From Ylistrum balloti (taxonomy: Eukaryota): a DNA stretch of 60,856 nucleotides. This document shows, one piece after another, positions 37,202 to 50,306 of this stretch; within the stretch, counting starts at the first letter, position 1; every line of letters begins with the position of its first letter. The translations under genes and the position numbers were made by a program. The notes beneath the pieces were generated by a model. The model was not told where the DNA came from and ran no database searches. It saw nothing but the letters and a program-made list of their open reading frames with translations. The stretch lies in contig NW_026781950.1 of the NCBI RefSeq assembly GCF_031769215.1, positions 1,984,001-2,044,856 of the forward strand, in the 5' to 3' direction.

Positions 37202-40200
37202 TTCTATTATCTTCAGATAGCACGTGTGTACACAAGTACTGTTACCGTACCTGAGGTGTGCGTTTGTTAGCGTCGTGTTGCTTATATCTATAGGTAAATG
37301 AGCTGCCCGTTTATCGCTCCAGTTCGTCCTAATATTTCTACCTGGCTGGCGCTAAGGCTGTTTATCTGGTCACTTCATATACATCACTGGCTTTAAGGTA
37401 GACATACGCATGGACGCATGTGTTCAGATACCCAGATTCATGCATTTAGGTAGATATAGGTCATGGAGACCTGATTGTAATACAACACTTTCGACATTGT
37501 ATCGTTTACAAAATATATGACGTAGGCAAAACGTCATTGCATACAAAAGTATTTTACGTATATGGTAACTTAATCTCATCAACACACTCGTTTATTTAAC
37601 AGAAATGGTGGATTTATCATGAAAAGACATGTGCTATTCAAGAACACTACAATGTTAGCGTCTGGTCATATAAAGTATTCAATAAGGTAATTGCATGAAT
37701 TATAACATGTTGTTAATGATAAACATGTATGTTTAATTATAACAAGATCTGTTGTATGAATTATTATTATAAGATTATGTAGCAAGTAAAGAATAACTTT
37801 TCTCTCGTTTCATTTAATAGACAAAGGTAATGATGTCTGACAATACTAAATAACTAAAGCGAGTGGTCGATGCTTAATTCTAAATCGTCAAAACAAAAAT
37901 AGAAAAAACGTTTTCTCAAAAGTTCTAGATATATGTTTTTCATTTCAAAATTCGCAGAACATCAACAATATATGGATAGATTTTGTTGTTTTCCTTTAAT
38001 AAGCAAACTAACAGACTGAAAAAACGAGACGCTTTTATAACATCATTAAATCGTAGGGGACACATCATTGTCGACATCTGATACGATTAGTTTAAAAATT
38101 CCTTTGTTAAAACGTCGAGCTATGCCCCATTAAAAAGAATGTTTGCCACAAAGTGTATTTGTCCTTGTTTAGTGTATCATTCATCTGCTTCTCATGAAGA
38201 TCATAGGGAGCTTGACATCAACTTCATGAATGAAATGTGAAGGCAGTTTCCTCTCTGTTCATATTGTCAGTAAGAGACATTTTAGAAATATAATAAATGT
38301 TGTGTTGATTTTGTAACAGACGGAAACTATTGTCATCAACGTTAGGTACCATTACCAGAAGCTTACATATCACAATCACAAACAGGAGGGGGAAACTTAG
38401 TAACAATACGATTAAGATAAAAGGAAAACAATAGTGTTAAAAACATATATGGGGAAGTCCCTTTTCAATGTATGATAATGCTAAGGAATGAACGAAAGTT
38501 TGTCAAATTTACAAGCAGTAAGAGGCTATCTGTGATGACGTCAGAGCAGGGAAATAATCCTTGAAGTGTGGTGTTAATTCAGCACAATGTGGTATCCACT
38601 TTTACACTTCTTGCCGAAAACGCTTTAAATTGTAATGAAGAATTACCTGTATCCATGGGTACCACGGAATTACTAGAAGGTTCAAGAAGGCTAAGGATGT
38701 TATCTTTCGAAAATGTGTTTAAAAATCATAGAATTACAGCAGAAATGTAATGTCTCTTTACAGCTATGGAAGCGTGGCATTGTTTGAGTGAAAATTGAAT
38801 ATGGAATGAAACAATACGATAATATCATCACACACTTTCAAAAATTAGGAAATCATAAAACAATGTGGACATCGACAGGACACATTGAACTTTTTATGGG
38901 CATGGAGCAGGAAGGCGGTTTAAAGTTTCAAGCGTTGATAGAAAATTAACTTTATAGGACACAAGTAATTTAGAAGAATATTTTGATGTAATGTCTTAGC
39001 TGCATGTGCATCCATGGGAAACATATATTAAATCGTATATATATACTTTGTGAATAAATCATATTTTCTTGATATTATGAACATACCGGGTTTCTTCAAA
39101 TTTCTGTGCACGATGTCTTGAGAGGTACCAGAGTAAGAATCATTGCCCATTGATTTGGTTTGAGTGTACCCAAAACAAAATCGCTACAATGGTCAAAATA
39201 AACATTGACATATACCTCCCTGGCTCTAAAAAAGCGAGAAAATAAGAATGAAGAAAGAAGTTCTTGCATTTGTGAATTTTCACTTTTGAAACAGTGAACG
39301 AAACTAAAAAGAAGTTAATATATGCATAGTCAATTACGGATAAGTATCAACTGAGTTACCTATTTTGTCAGATAAAAACATGCATCTAGAAGTTCTTGAA
39401 TAATGAAATAATTGATATAACACAAAAAACAACAATGAAAATACAAACATATTAATAGAATGTTGATGGAATAAATAAATAAAAATGGCTTGGAAGGTTA
39501 TTAAGCCTCCTTTGCCTCATCAACGACACCCGCAACGTAAATATTGGTCAATCCAGGAAGGTAATGCCACGTTCCCAACTTAAACACAAAGTAAAACACA
39601 ATGGAACCATGCATAATAATGAGCATCACACACGCCAACTTATCGTACACTGAAATAGGATAATTCTAAATGAGATAATTATCACGACAATAAAGCCTCC
39701 CAACATGTTAGCCATCGACTAAACATTGCATCCAGTTTATCATACAAGAACAACAAGAATGATATCAACATTTAAACAGATTCTCATTTCCAACCTAAAC
39801 TCGAAGGGATCTTGATCAACTGAGGACAATAACCACAAGCTAACAAACAATTACAAGGTTAACTACAGCGGATTCGAACAAAGTTTCAGGAGAAAGATCG
39901 GTTTGTGAAAGCTATGTAGAATTTATTTGCGCATGTGTCTTCAATGAAGTATAGAGTATTCGTTTCTTGTTTAGACACTAAAGTATATGAATCTGTGAGG
40001 AGTCTTCTGAGAACACAAATCCTATATCACATGAACCGATAATATTGGTAATACTACTATTTTATGTTTTATCTACTTGTGTACAATGTATGGCATACAC
40101 TGTATATGCCAACTTATGATTTTGATGTTATCAGTGTCTTGAATGCTTGATTTAGCAAACCGATAAAGATAAAATCGTGACTAAGAAATATAATAACATG

Positions 40201-40428
40201 ATAATATATCAGTGTAGCTATATCGTGAATTATCATCAAATTTAGTGTACAATAACAATGTCATAGTCATAATGACGACAATTATTTGTCATAAATAAAC
40301 ATATAACAAGATTGTTTATTCCGAGGTTACAACAATGTATTTACTGTTTTTATGAACATTCCATGTTGATGATCAATAGCTGCAATTTACGTCTAGACAA
40401 AATCTGCTGTACTATTGTTTAAATATAA

Positions 40429-40640
40429 TATTATCTATCCTAAATCTCCCCGTCAAAATATTGTCTAAAAATAATGTAGATATTCGTTATCTATCCTAAT
40501 TCCCATCGTAACAATATTGTCTAAATATTATGTGGTACTCGTTATCTTTCATAAATCCCTAATAGTAATGTTTTGTCTCAAATAAAATGTAATTATACGT
40601 TCTTGATCATAAATTCTTCCGTAGCACTAAATATATTGTT
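40429..40640. repeat. Degenerate ~56-bp tandem repeat (~4 copies)
   Basis: ttatctatcctaa..atattgtctaaa..atgt recurs at 40431, 40487, 40542 and ~40600. Confidence 0.65.
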
Positions 40641-40825
40641 GATATAGGATACATGCCATAAATTAATTCATATGGTTAGAAAACTATAATTGTACTAATC
40701 CATTGTATGATCATTATATTGGCTTATTAAGTAGTTATTTCGGACTATTAAGACACGCTGTGTATTTAACCACTGACAGATGTGTCTAGACATCCAATAT
40801 GAATTACAATGCCATTATCACTTAT

Positions 40826-43800
40826 TTATGATATATCTTGGGGATGTTTACAAACCAGAACTGGCACGTGCGCGTGATGTATTATATAATCCGATATGCT
40901 TCCTAGAAGTGTCCTCCGAATGGTTCCAACACCACGTGACCCAACAATGATCAACGAGGCACCGATTTCCTTAGACTTTTCAACAAGTGCATTGCCCGGA
41001 TGTCCAGTGACTTTAATGATTTCAGCACTCAGCTGCAAACCAAAATACGACCAATTTGAGTACGATATATAGTAATCTTTACTACATTACATGCGTATTT
41101 TAACATTTCTTTCGATCACCCTGGATATGTCTCTTAGATTTAATATTTAAGCCCATAGCATCGCTGACAAGTCCTAGAAGGACGAAACAGCTGTATGGTG
41201 CAGTTTAATTCATTGTTTGGCTCTACTTTTGTATTAAATTTGTATTAAATGGTCCTATTCACTTGTGAGTCTTTTATACAATTTTGAATTACCTTTAATA
41301 CGTTTATAAGCACCATGAACAAAAATGGAAGTATTCTTTACTGTCAAAATGTTGATATTGATGAAGCTCTGCATTGATTGCCCGAGTCTATTTCATATTT
41401 ATTCCCATCTAAGTAGGTTGTCGAGCATAACAATGTTATACTTAAACACGGCCGATTATCCTTGAAAGACAGCACTGACCTGAAGATACAATGAATACAG
41501 TGTATTTGACATATGCCATGGTATTTTCTGCTATCACTTACTTTAAAGTCACTTATAGTGTCTTTCACGTGCGCCACAACCTTACTAACTCTAGCGATAT
41601 CTTGGTCTATCATTAATTGTATAACAGCAGGATCGGAAGGCGTCATAGAGAACTCTGTAACAAGCAGTGAGATAAAATGTTTGATATATAAGGACTTCAT
41701 TTTGTTGTATCAGAAAATCTGCTATCGACACTTCAGTGGTTAATCTGGAATGTTCACCGACCAGAAGCAATCGAGTGATTGGCAGCGATGTTCATTATAT
41801 TGTAAATAGGTACTTACTGTGCCAGTGTTCATTATGATAGTGTGCGCAATGAACGGCATACACTCTATTATTTGGCTGGTGGATGTAATCCCGATAGACT
41901 GTACAACACAAGAAAATGCATCAGTTTAATTTTGTGACAATTTGAAACGAGTCAAATTAACACCGACATCAGTGGTGAATTCGTCTCTATCTTAATCAAT
42001 TAGAAAATACTCTTTTGGGACGCTCTACAAATATGAACAAGAGAACAAAATCAATTTGGATATTTGATATATGTTCTAATTTGCGCGGGAGTAATTACAA
42101 TGTGAATAGTGAGAGCCGCCACACATAATGTTCATGTCAGTGTCCTCTCTCTCTCTCCCTCTCCCTGGAATACCTATCTATAGTGAAAGCACTCTCGGCG
42201 CTGTCTGCTAATGGATGCCTGATTGAAGTAAGCTTTGATCATCCAACTTAATGAGACATTAAAGGGCAATATAAATGTAAAATGTTCGTCTCTGGACGTA
42301 CACATAAGCTTGGGATTTATACAAGCTGCACGCGGTTTGCAAACATGGACAGCACATGCGTGCGTAAAGAGAATAGATGTTACGTAAACAAATCACCCTT
42401 TCTTTGGATTGGAGGATTGGTTCGCATCGGTAATATTTGTTTGTTTACAATGTCTGTTAGCATTATCAATCCTCCTGATGGCCATATTGTAATACATATC
42501 AAGGTCAAACTATGACAGGCATGAAGGTCACAGGAAGACAGATGCCACTTTTAGTACTATGGAAAGGACAAATAAAGGATTAAACGGATATCAGATATCA
42601 TGCTCTAGAATGGTACAAACAACTTCATCTTACTCGCTGCAAAGTCTCCTTTCCATTATCAGAACGTGCTAGAGACTAAATGGACATGCTAACAGACCAT
42701 TAATCAAATGACCGAGGCACACAATGGGTTGCTTCCTTCCCAAGGATCATCAAAACATACTTTGTGTCAATAAAATTATGCCAATCTCTTAAAATCATTT
42801 TTAGCCCAGTCGTTTGTTTAGAATCAACATGATCAAATTAAAATTTATTTAAAAAGTTGATAAATATCTATTTTGACCGTATAGTTATATCCTTAAATTT
42901 GATCTCATTCATCAGCCTTTTTAATCAGCAAGTTATTATCTTATTTTAATTTTGAGAATGTGAATAACAAGATTTACATGTAGAGGAATAAGACCAGGTA
43001 TTCTGGAAGTGTAATCATCTTCTACTTCAATTTTATCTTTAAATGAAAAGATGGTTAACAGCAACGGTACCATCGGGCGTTCTAACGAGCATCAAACAAG
43101 AGTAACTTTATATTCCACAATAAAATAGAATATACTGTCAAACCTTTACACAAATCACTCTATATTACTTAGATCGAAAAAATGGATGATAAGTTTTCCA
43201 CGGTTCCGCTGACTCCGAGATAACGAGGTTCAACTGCATCTTTATGAGATCATGTGATCTCAGGTTGATGACATTTTGCAAGATCATAGTGATATTTGGA
43301 AAATTCCTTGAATATATAATCAACTGCATTTCAATGGTTTTTCAGTTCTTACATGACTGGACACAAGGTAACCTCCTTTGTTTCTTTAATACGTCGGATC
43401 TAAATAGGTACACGAAGGATTTCGCATTTTCACTGGAGAATTCACAATGATTCGTCTAAATGTCGAGCTTTTAAATCTCGTAAATATCTACATGCATTTC
43501 ATTTCGCATATTTCCTATTTTAAGACTTTTAAGAAGTGATGTCGATTGAATTTAGATAATGGTGGACAATTGACGTCATTCTAGTATCATGCATGCGTGT
43601 ATGTAATGTATATATATGTAAAGTTACTTAAACTAAAGATTTTCTAAATTTGCATTACATTTACTTTTTACTTTCTATGTATATAGAATATTGGTTGGAG
43701 TCAAAGGAGGCTTATGTACTACAATTGCGGTCACAGACATTTTAACTCAAAGATAGGGCTTTCGAAGGCTACACCTGTTGCCCAATTTCTTTTGTCAGTA

Positions 43801-44129
43801 AAACCATAACAAAATATTCTTAAATGAAAGTGATATATTCACAACTCATAGCTCATTAACCAAAGTGTTAGAATGGCTGTCCATTGTTTTCTGTGACATA
43901 TTTACGTAAGTACATGTACATCTGAGGGACTTGTTTAGTAACACGAATCACAAATCTCAAATGATTCTAAACTTTTCATAACACAGTAACCATTACTTGA
44001 ATCACACACAAACACACACACACAACCCCTCACACATCCTAGCACTCACATATACCTACATTTTAGAGCGTAATCCGAGTGTTTACTTCCATCCATACAG
44101 ATCAGCACAACCAGTGGGTTTTCCGACAT
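40826..44129 (-). CDS. Universal stress protein paralog B, 4 exons, ~156 aa
   Basis: Exons 44060-44129 (MSENPLVVLICMDGSKHSDYALK), 41818-41898, 41542-41654, 40826-41032 (IIVGSRGVGTIRRTLLGSISDYIIHHAHVPVLVC). GT-AG introns, in frame. Confidence 0.92.
41098..41283 (+). mobile_element. Single-ribozyme copy of the element hosting the 11.8-14.0 kb array, in USP-B intron 3
   Basis: Flanks on both sides of the hammerhead align by eye with the array flanks. Confidence 0.6.
41158..41201 (+). ncRNA. Solitary minimal type I hammerhead motif (core CUGACAA, probably inactivated)
   Basis: GCAUCG-CUGACAA-GUCC-UAGAA-GGAC-GAAA-CAGCU-GUA|UGGUGC; stem I is 6 bp with two GU pairs; G8 is changed to A. Confidence 0.75.
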
Positions 44130-45325
44130 CCTGTTCCAGAACTCAAATGTAAATCGCAAACAAACTGCACAAGCATCAAGCTAGTTCACAACGCCGTTTT
44201 AGATTGCTTAACAAGCGAAATAGGTTAAGCCTGGGCAACGCAGTGTCTGTTGATGAGACAGTCTCGATCAATGAAACCATCTCGTCCGAACATTATTATT
44301 TACATAATAGATTTATAATAAATGCCGTTTCGCTCCTGCATTTCAACAATCGAATTCTGTTAGTCTATATGGGTTGTAATTTCATCACAAGGCTCATCTA
44401 TGGAATACCACGAACAGTTAATTAACGGATCATAAATGGTAAGTGATTCCCCTTCAACTTGGTACTACGGAATGTGCTGTGCTAAGAGTCTAACATTACA
44501 CTGTGTTATACACAAGTTTGATCTAATTCCACACTCTCCTCTTCCCCACTTATTTTCACTATTATCATTCACTCTTACAGGAATTCGAAGCGAACTAAAT
44601 CCATCATGATGAATCTTAATCTCTGTGTTCTAACACTACTTTCAACTGAAAACTTACACAGTATGATCGGCTATCTTTAAAGATAATCGTGACATCCACG
44701 TGTTCCATATACCAGTAATGATGTGGATGTTTTGGTATATATAACTAGCAGAGACAATCACTTAAATGTCATCTCTCGTTTTAAACCACGACAGAGAGAA
44801 AATGACTTCTGGCTATTTCTATGTAAAAGAAGCAAGTAAATGTTTACAGTCCGTGTTAAGCTGATGGTATGATCTGATTTCAACTTCATCTGTAAAGTGA
44901 ACTTCATCGTTCGGCAAGCGATTAAGCTTTGAGCGAGGCAAATAATTCGTTACGGAGCATCACGATGAATTATCGTGCCTCGTGCGTATATTTTGATTGC
45001 TTTAAAACTTTAAAAAAAATTTGCATGCACCTATGTTTGGAAACAATATACTCAATAATTTTGATTCATTTAATTCAAATTATCGATATGAAGATAAACA
45101 GTTCCTAACACCAGATCGAACACATTCATACTGAGGAATCACACCAATGTTTAAAATATGTGATGTATTATTTTTATACAGTATTTTTCTGACATTCATT
45201 TCATGTACGAAAGTGGATGTGTTGCACTTATAACACAACTAGTATTCGGTAAAGTAAGTTACTTTTTATTTGTAAATTGTGTCTTCCTGTAACATTTCTA
45301 TTAAAAAATGATATTGATAAAGATG

Positions 45326-47530
45326 TTAATCGTGGCGACAGACAAGTACAGGTGTATGGGAGTGATGAATTATATAGTCACTGACACTGCCCATCATCGT
45401 TCGCCGGATCTGGCCCAAACCACGACATCCGGTCACAATCATGTCCACCTCATATTCTGCTGCTACCTTCACTATAGCCTCTCCAGCATCGCCAGAGACT
45501 CTCAGAGTTTCCGCAACCACCTGTAAACCACATTCAGCTATATAGAATTTGAACGGCACACCTTCCTAGTTGACATTAAACTAGTATGATATTATTGAAT
45601 ATCGCATTATATTTCTGTAGCTTTTTACTGGGTAAAAAGAAATAAGATTCGAACCAACAAGTTTTTCATAAAGATTTTCAATGTTGCACTGCACCTCTCA
45701 GTCTGTCTCCAAATCCTACCCTTTCACCCAGTATGACGACACTTTGAATCAGACATCCAATATGTTAACATTAGAAGTTAATCTATTTCAATATTTCAGA
45801 AAATAAATTCAGTGTGGCTACAAACAACACAGTATACAACGTTAAAGTATAGGAAAATGAAACCTTACTCCGTGTTTAAGAACAAGCTCCTCCAGTTTTT
45901 TCAGCAAATCTCTCGCCTTATGTTCTTCTTTTCTATAGGCCATCGTTATTGCGTCAGGATTTCCCGGAACCATGGAAACATCTACAAAACAAAAGAAAGA
46001 AGATAATCTTGGAAGTTCGATATGGATTTACAGCTTGGACACAACGCAAACAACACTATCGAAGTAGGCACGGAAATTGCATGTTGTTAATCACTTTCAT
46101 ATTGATATCTAGGCTGAGATTATTTTCTTTCAGCATTTCCTGTTTCATATCATTTTACATCTTCCAAACATTATTACTATAACAAAAGTAATGGCACAAT
46201 GGGTTTTTTTCATTGGATTTTGCAGTTTTCTTGAACAAGTCATTATCTCATGATTGCAGTTACTTGAAAGAAAAGCTTATCTATGCTGACTACATCCGGT
46301 TAAATTACTAATTTTCTATTGGAAATCTATCAATGTAGAAATATATCCATTATACTATCAGTTTCCTAGTTTAGTTCTATGTAAACCAATTGGGAGTATA
46401 TCAGACTATGAACGTCCATCTAGTCAAGCGTATGAATACTTATTCGGTGGTCAAGGCGAGAAGTCCACCAAAAAGTAATCCTAGTAGATATAAATGTAAT
46501 ATTTACATTATATGCTGTATTCGCCTGTATATCATTATTACGACAAAATGTAGCATATGAGACAGAGGCCAATAAAACTGGCCGCCTGTCATTTCACTTA
46601 GGTATCAATACACGGTGTAATGACATATACGATGTTGTTGGACTTCAGAAATATCATTAGAAAAAAATAAGTAACTGTACAAAGCTATCAATTTATCACA
46701 GAACAAATTTATTTTCAAACGTGTTTTTGTCACAAAATCATTATCATCGCCATAACATACTTGATTACCAAGTTCGTCGATTTCGTCTGTTACGGTGCGG
46801 TAATATTTACGAACAAAGTTGTTAATATACGTTATCATTACGGTTCTCGTTCGTTAATTGACCTAAGTTTGTACATGTAATTAATGCATATGGTTTCCAC
46901 CAGTAAAAATAAGGTTTGACGTAAATAGCCAGGTCCCACAAAGACAAATACTACGCTGTACTTACTGCCGTAGGCGAAAGCGGTGGAGTGGTCGACACAT
47001 GTGATCAGAATGGTGCGGTCGTTGGGTTTATGAACATGTTTTATGAACCCTGAAAACAATAAATTATGAAATAAAAATATTGACCACATTCCATACGGAA
47101 ACTTCATTCCGAGATAAAAGAGACAAAAGACTAAAGCGACATATGCAGTGAAAAAGGATGAAGCAACACCGAACACCGAAGTGCCGACTTGCCGCTGGAA
47201 ACGGGGTTATCTACGTCAGACCTATACTGAGGTAGTAATTGTGAAAAATTATTAAAACAATTGATTCTGCTCATTAAATCGATATGGCTAAAGCAGAGAT
47301 GTATATCCTATCAATTTCGTGAAATATATTGTATATCACAAAGGTCACACCTGCGAGGGCATAGAGTCTTTTTCCCGCAAGTTAGAATCTACAAATGTAC
47401 CTTGTCGTATTTTTATTATTTAGCCCCTGGCAAAGCATACATTAACTGTAAACAAGACACCGTATATACCTGTATTGATCATAGTATGGACATGCATGTT
47501 TTGTTTCGTTTAAGATCTGGAATTGTAAAC

Positions 47531-47573
<43 letters not shown>

Positions 47574-47574
47574 C

Positions 47575-47618
<44 letters not shown>

Positions 47619-50130
47619 AGTGTTCAGTGAGTTTAGGTTTGCAAACGCTTGGCAACATCTTCATCACCACCTTACCGTCCTATATTATCAATTAAACTTG
47701 ACAAGTATTTATTGTTTTATGTGTGTTTACCTTGAAAATGTCTCTTACTAAAATAAGTAATAACAACGATGAAGTATTCAGAATTAAGAGTATTCGATGT
47801 TACTATCTGGACTCTAGCACCCAATTCACTACTGTGTTAACAAGCTCTTCAGAAATTTAATCAATTTGCGAAACAAATCTGTGTCCGGATGTCCAATGTG
47901 GAGTGTACTTCTGGATTAGTATAAGTCTAATTTTTGTATCTTATCTTAGAGTTGGATATAATCAGTTTTCATTTTTTTGGATTATTTTTATATGATTAAC
48001 GTATGCGTAAAATTTAAACAAATCCATTATTAATACTGTCACACTGTATAACAGTGTATATTCTAGCCGTGTCGTTATTTCGTTATTTTTCCTCTTGATA
48101 ACACGTAGCAACATCAAATCACAACTGCTGTGTGGTGAATCATTGATGTCACAAGTTCAAAATTATTATAGATTTTTGTGTCTGTTATTGACGAATCTTA
48201 TCTATGTCAGACTTAACTCTTAGATATACTCGTCGGGGTCATGACCTTCTTCAGCAGTGATATTCTTAATAAATCATATCTTAACAGACAAAAATCAACT
48301 ACGGAGCTTTGCACCAAACAGTCTGACACTCCAGTCTAATCATAATTTATGAACTTGGAACATTGCTCTCTTAACAGGACTTCCAATTATCACACGCACT
48401 CAAGCTTGGAGCGACATGTACAGGTGTAGGACCAAAGCATTTATGTTTTGATTTCTGGTAATTTGTCAGCTGAAAGGCCGTAATAGCGAATGTGAAATAT
48501 AAAAATTCGTTAGATTAATGAAGGTTTCTGGCGATGACGCACTCGCGTCTCTGATAACGTTCTTCTACTGCATGACGTAAACAATGATTTTTATTTTAAA
48601 GTCAGAATTAATGAAATACAAATGCAATAGACTTCGAAATCAGGATTAACCGTTGCTCTGTAGAAGACAATGTTAGGCAGTCATCACTAATATCTTACTC
48701 AATTTTTTTTTTCTTTTTCAATTTTCAAAGAAGTTCGAAAAAGTAAATTTTCTTACACATAAAAAGTATACAGGTTATTTCTCTTTATTCTACGGCCTAA
48801 GTATCTTAATATGTCGTGAGTAAAAGAAATGAAAAGATCATAAAAAGGACATATTGTGTGTGTCTTGTCTGTTTTTCTGTTGTCAACTTTAACCTTTCTC
48901 ATATCTATTGCATCATAAGACTTTCATATCGGGCATGTGTGTTCCTTGCCACAAGACATTTCTGGTGGTGCCAAAATTTTACCTCATGACACTGATCGTG
49001 ACCTTTGACTTGTATTTGAAAGTAAAAAAACAAATAGTTACCACAATGAAGCCATAAGTGTTTCACTAAGTGTTCATACAATTGGCACATGCTTTACACG
49101 GCACAGTTTTAATGTTTTTGACGGCATGACAACATCGTGGCAGATTTGCCGCGTTCCTGTTTTGTGTTGTTAAATAATCTGGCCCCACTTGTATAAAACA
49201 TCTCGACTTGAGGAAATCTCCAGTTGAGATGTTTTATACAAGTGGGGCCTGGTGTTATTTGGTGGTGATCTTACAGCTAAGTAGTACAATGCGAATGGAA
49301 TTGTTTCGAAGTGAAGTGAGCTGTAACCTGGTGTTGTCGTGTCTTACTGTGCAGTGTTCTGCACATATAAGAAATTGCGCCACGTCATTAAAATGGAATA
49401 TAGGTATCAGACATACAAAGTTACAAGTCTATATACAACGGTAAGCTGTGTACATGCTTTATCTGACCTGTACGTCTATGAACTACGTGGTGTATGTCAT
49501 GGTCAAGGTAAGAGATTAAAACCTGGCTGCCTCGTACACTCCGACGGTGACAGATCACCAGGGGGTGTTTTGATATCAACTTGCCCTGTCAAAGCATTAG
49601 GAAAAGGCGTCACAAGTGTCTGAGTTATCAAAAAAATAGCATGGACATTTATAAATTCTAATTATGGAATATACGGCAATTGAATATTATTGAGTTCAAA
49701 ATTAGAGACCTGAATGAAGAAAGGATCAAATGCACAGTATGTCACGTACTTTTAATACTGAACCCATATCCAATTTTCCAGTACGTAAGAGAGTGCAGAA
49801 CAGATATATAAAATTTTGCAATACGAATTATAGGACCAACAGAACCATTTAAACCGTTCTCTAACAATTTGTATACAAATGCCTCTTCATCAAAAGGCTC
49901 TGAAAAAGAAATCCCAGAATTCTATCAGAGGTCTCGCATCAGTCGCCTCATGCAATCATAAAACGGGATACGCACTGTAGCATTGTTATGAATACTGAGA
50001 CTGACAAGTAGCCTACAAAATTGCGGGATCGTCTCTCAGATGTCAAATACTTACACTCGAGAGCATGATTTGAATGTTTACTTCCATCTACAGCTATCAA
50101 ACACACGCGAGTTTTTTCCTGATCGGCCAT
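45326..50130 (-). CDS. Universal stress protein paralog C, 4 exons, ~155 aa
   Basis: Exons 50055-50130 (MADQEKTRVCLIAVDGSKHSNHALE), 46966-47049, 45869-45981, 45326-45520 (IVTGCRGLGQIRRTMMGSVSDYIIHHSHTPVLVC). GT-AG introns, in frame. Confidence 0.92.
47533..47615. repeat. (TG)n microsatellite with short (TGCG) interruption
   Basis: Directly visible. Confidence 0.97.
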
Positions 50131-50306
50131 GTTGGAAGGTCTCGGTTACAGAAGAGAAACGGGAAATCAGTGTAGTATGGACTGTATCATATGTCCAACA
50201 CGTAACATGTACCGGCTAAAGTTTATCAAGTGTCCCTGAACTCCTGCCTGATAACAAGACACCGATGAGGCTAAATGTCCGTTCACGTGACATTTGATAC
50301 CCGGAT

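Noticed and set aside
44933-44985. Imperfect hairpin cgaggca..ataattc..gaattat..tgcctcg between USP-C and USP-B
   Set aside because: Only two 7-bp helices; no recognisable miRNA, SECIS or ribozyme motif.
45640-45720. B-box-like GGTTCGAATC on the minus strand
   Set aside because: No A-box or cloverleaf; not a tRNA gene.
47261-47751. ORFs with CVCVCV / HTHTHT runs
   Set aside because: Translation of the (TG)n microsatellite.
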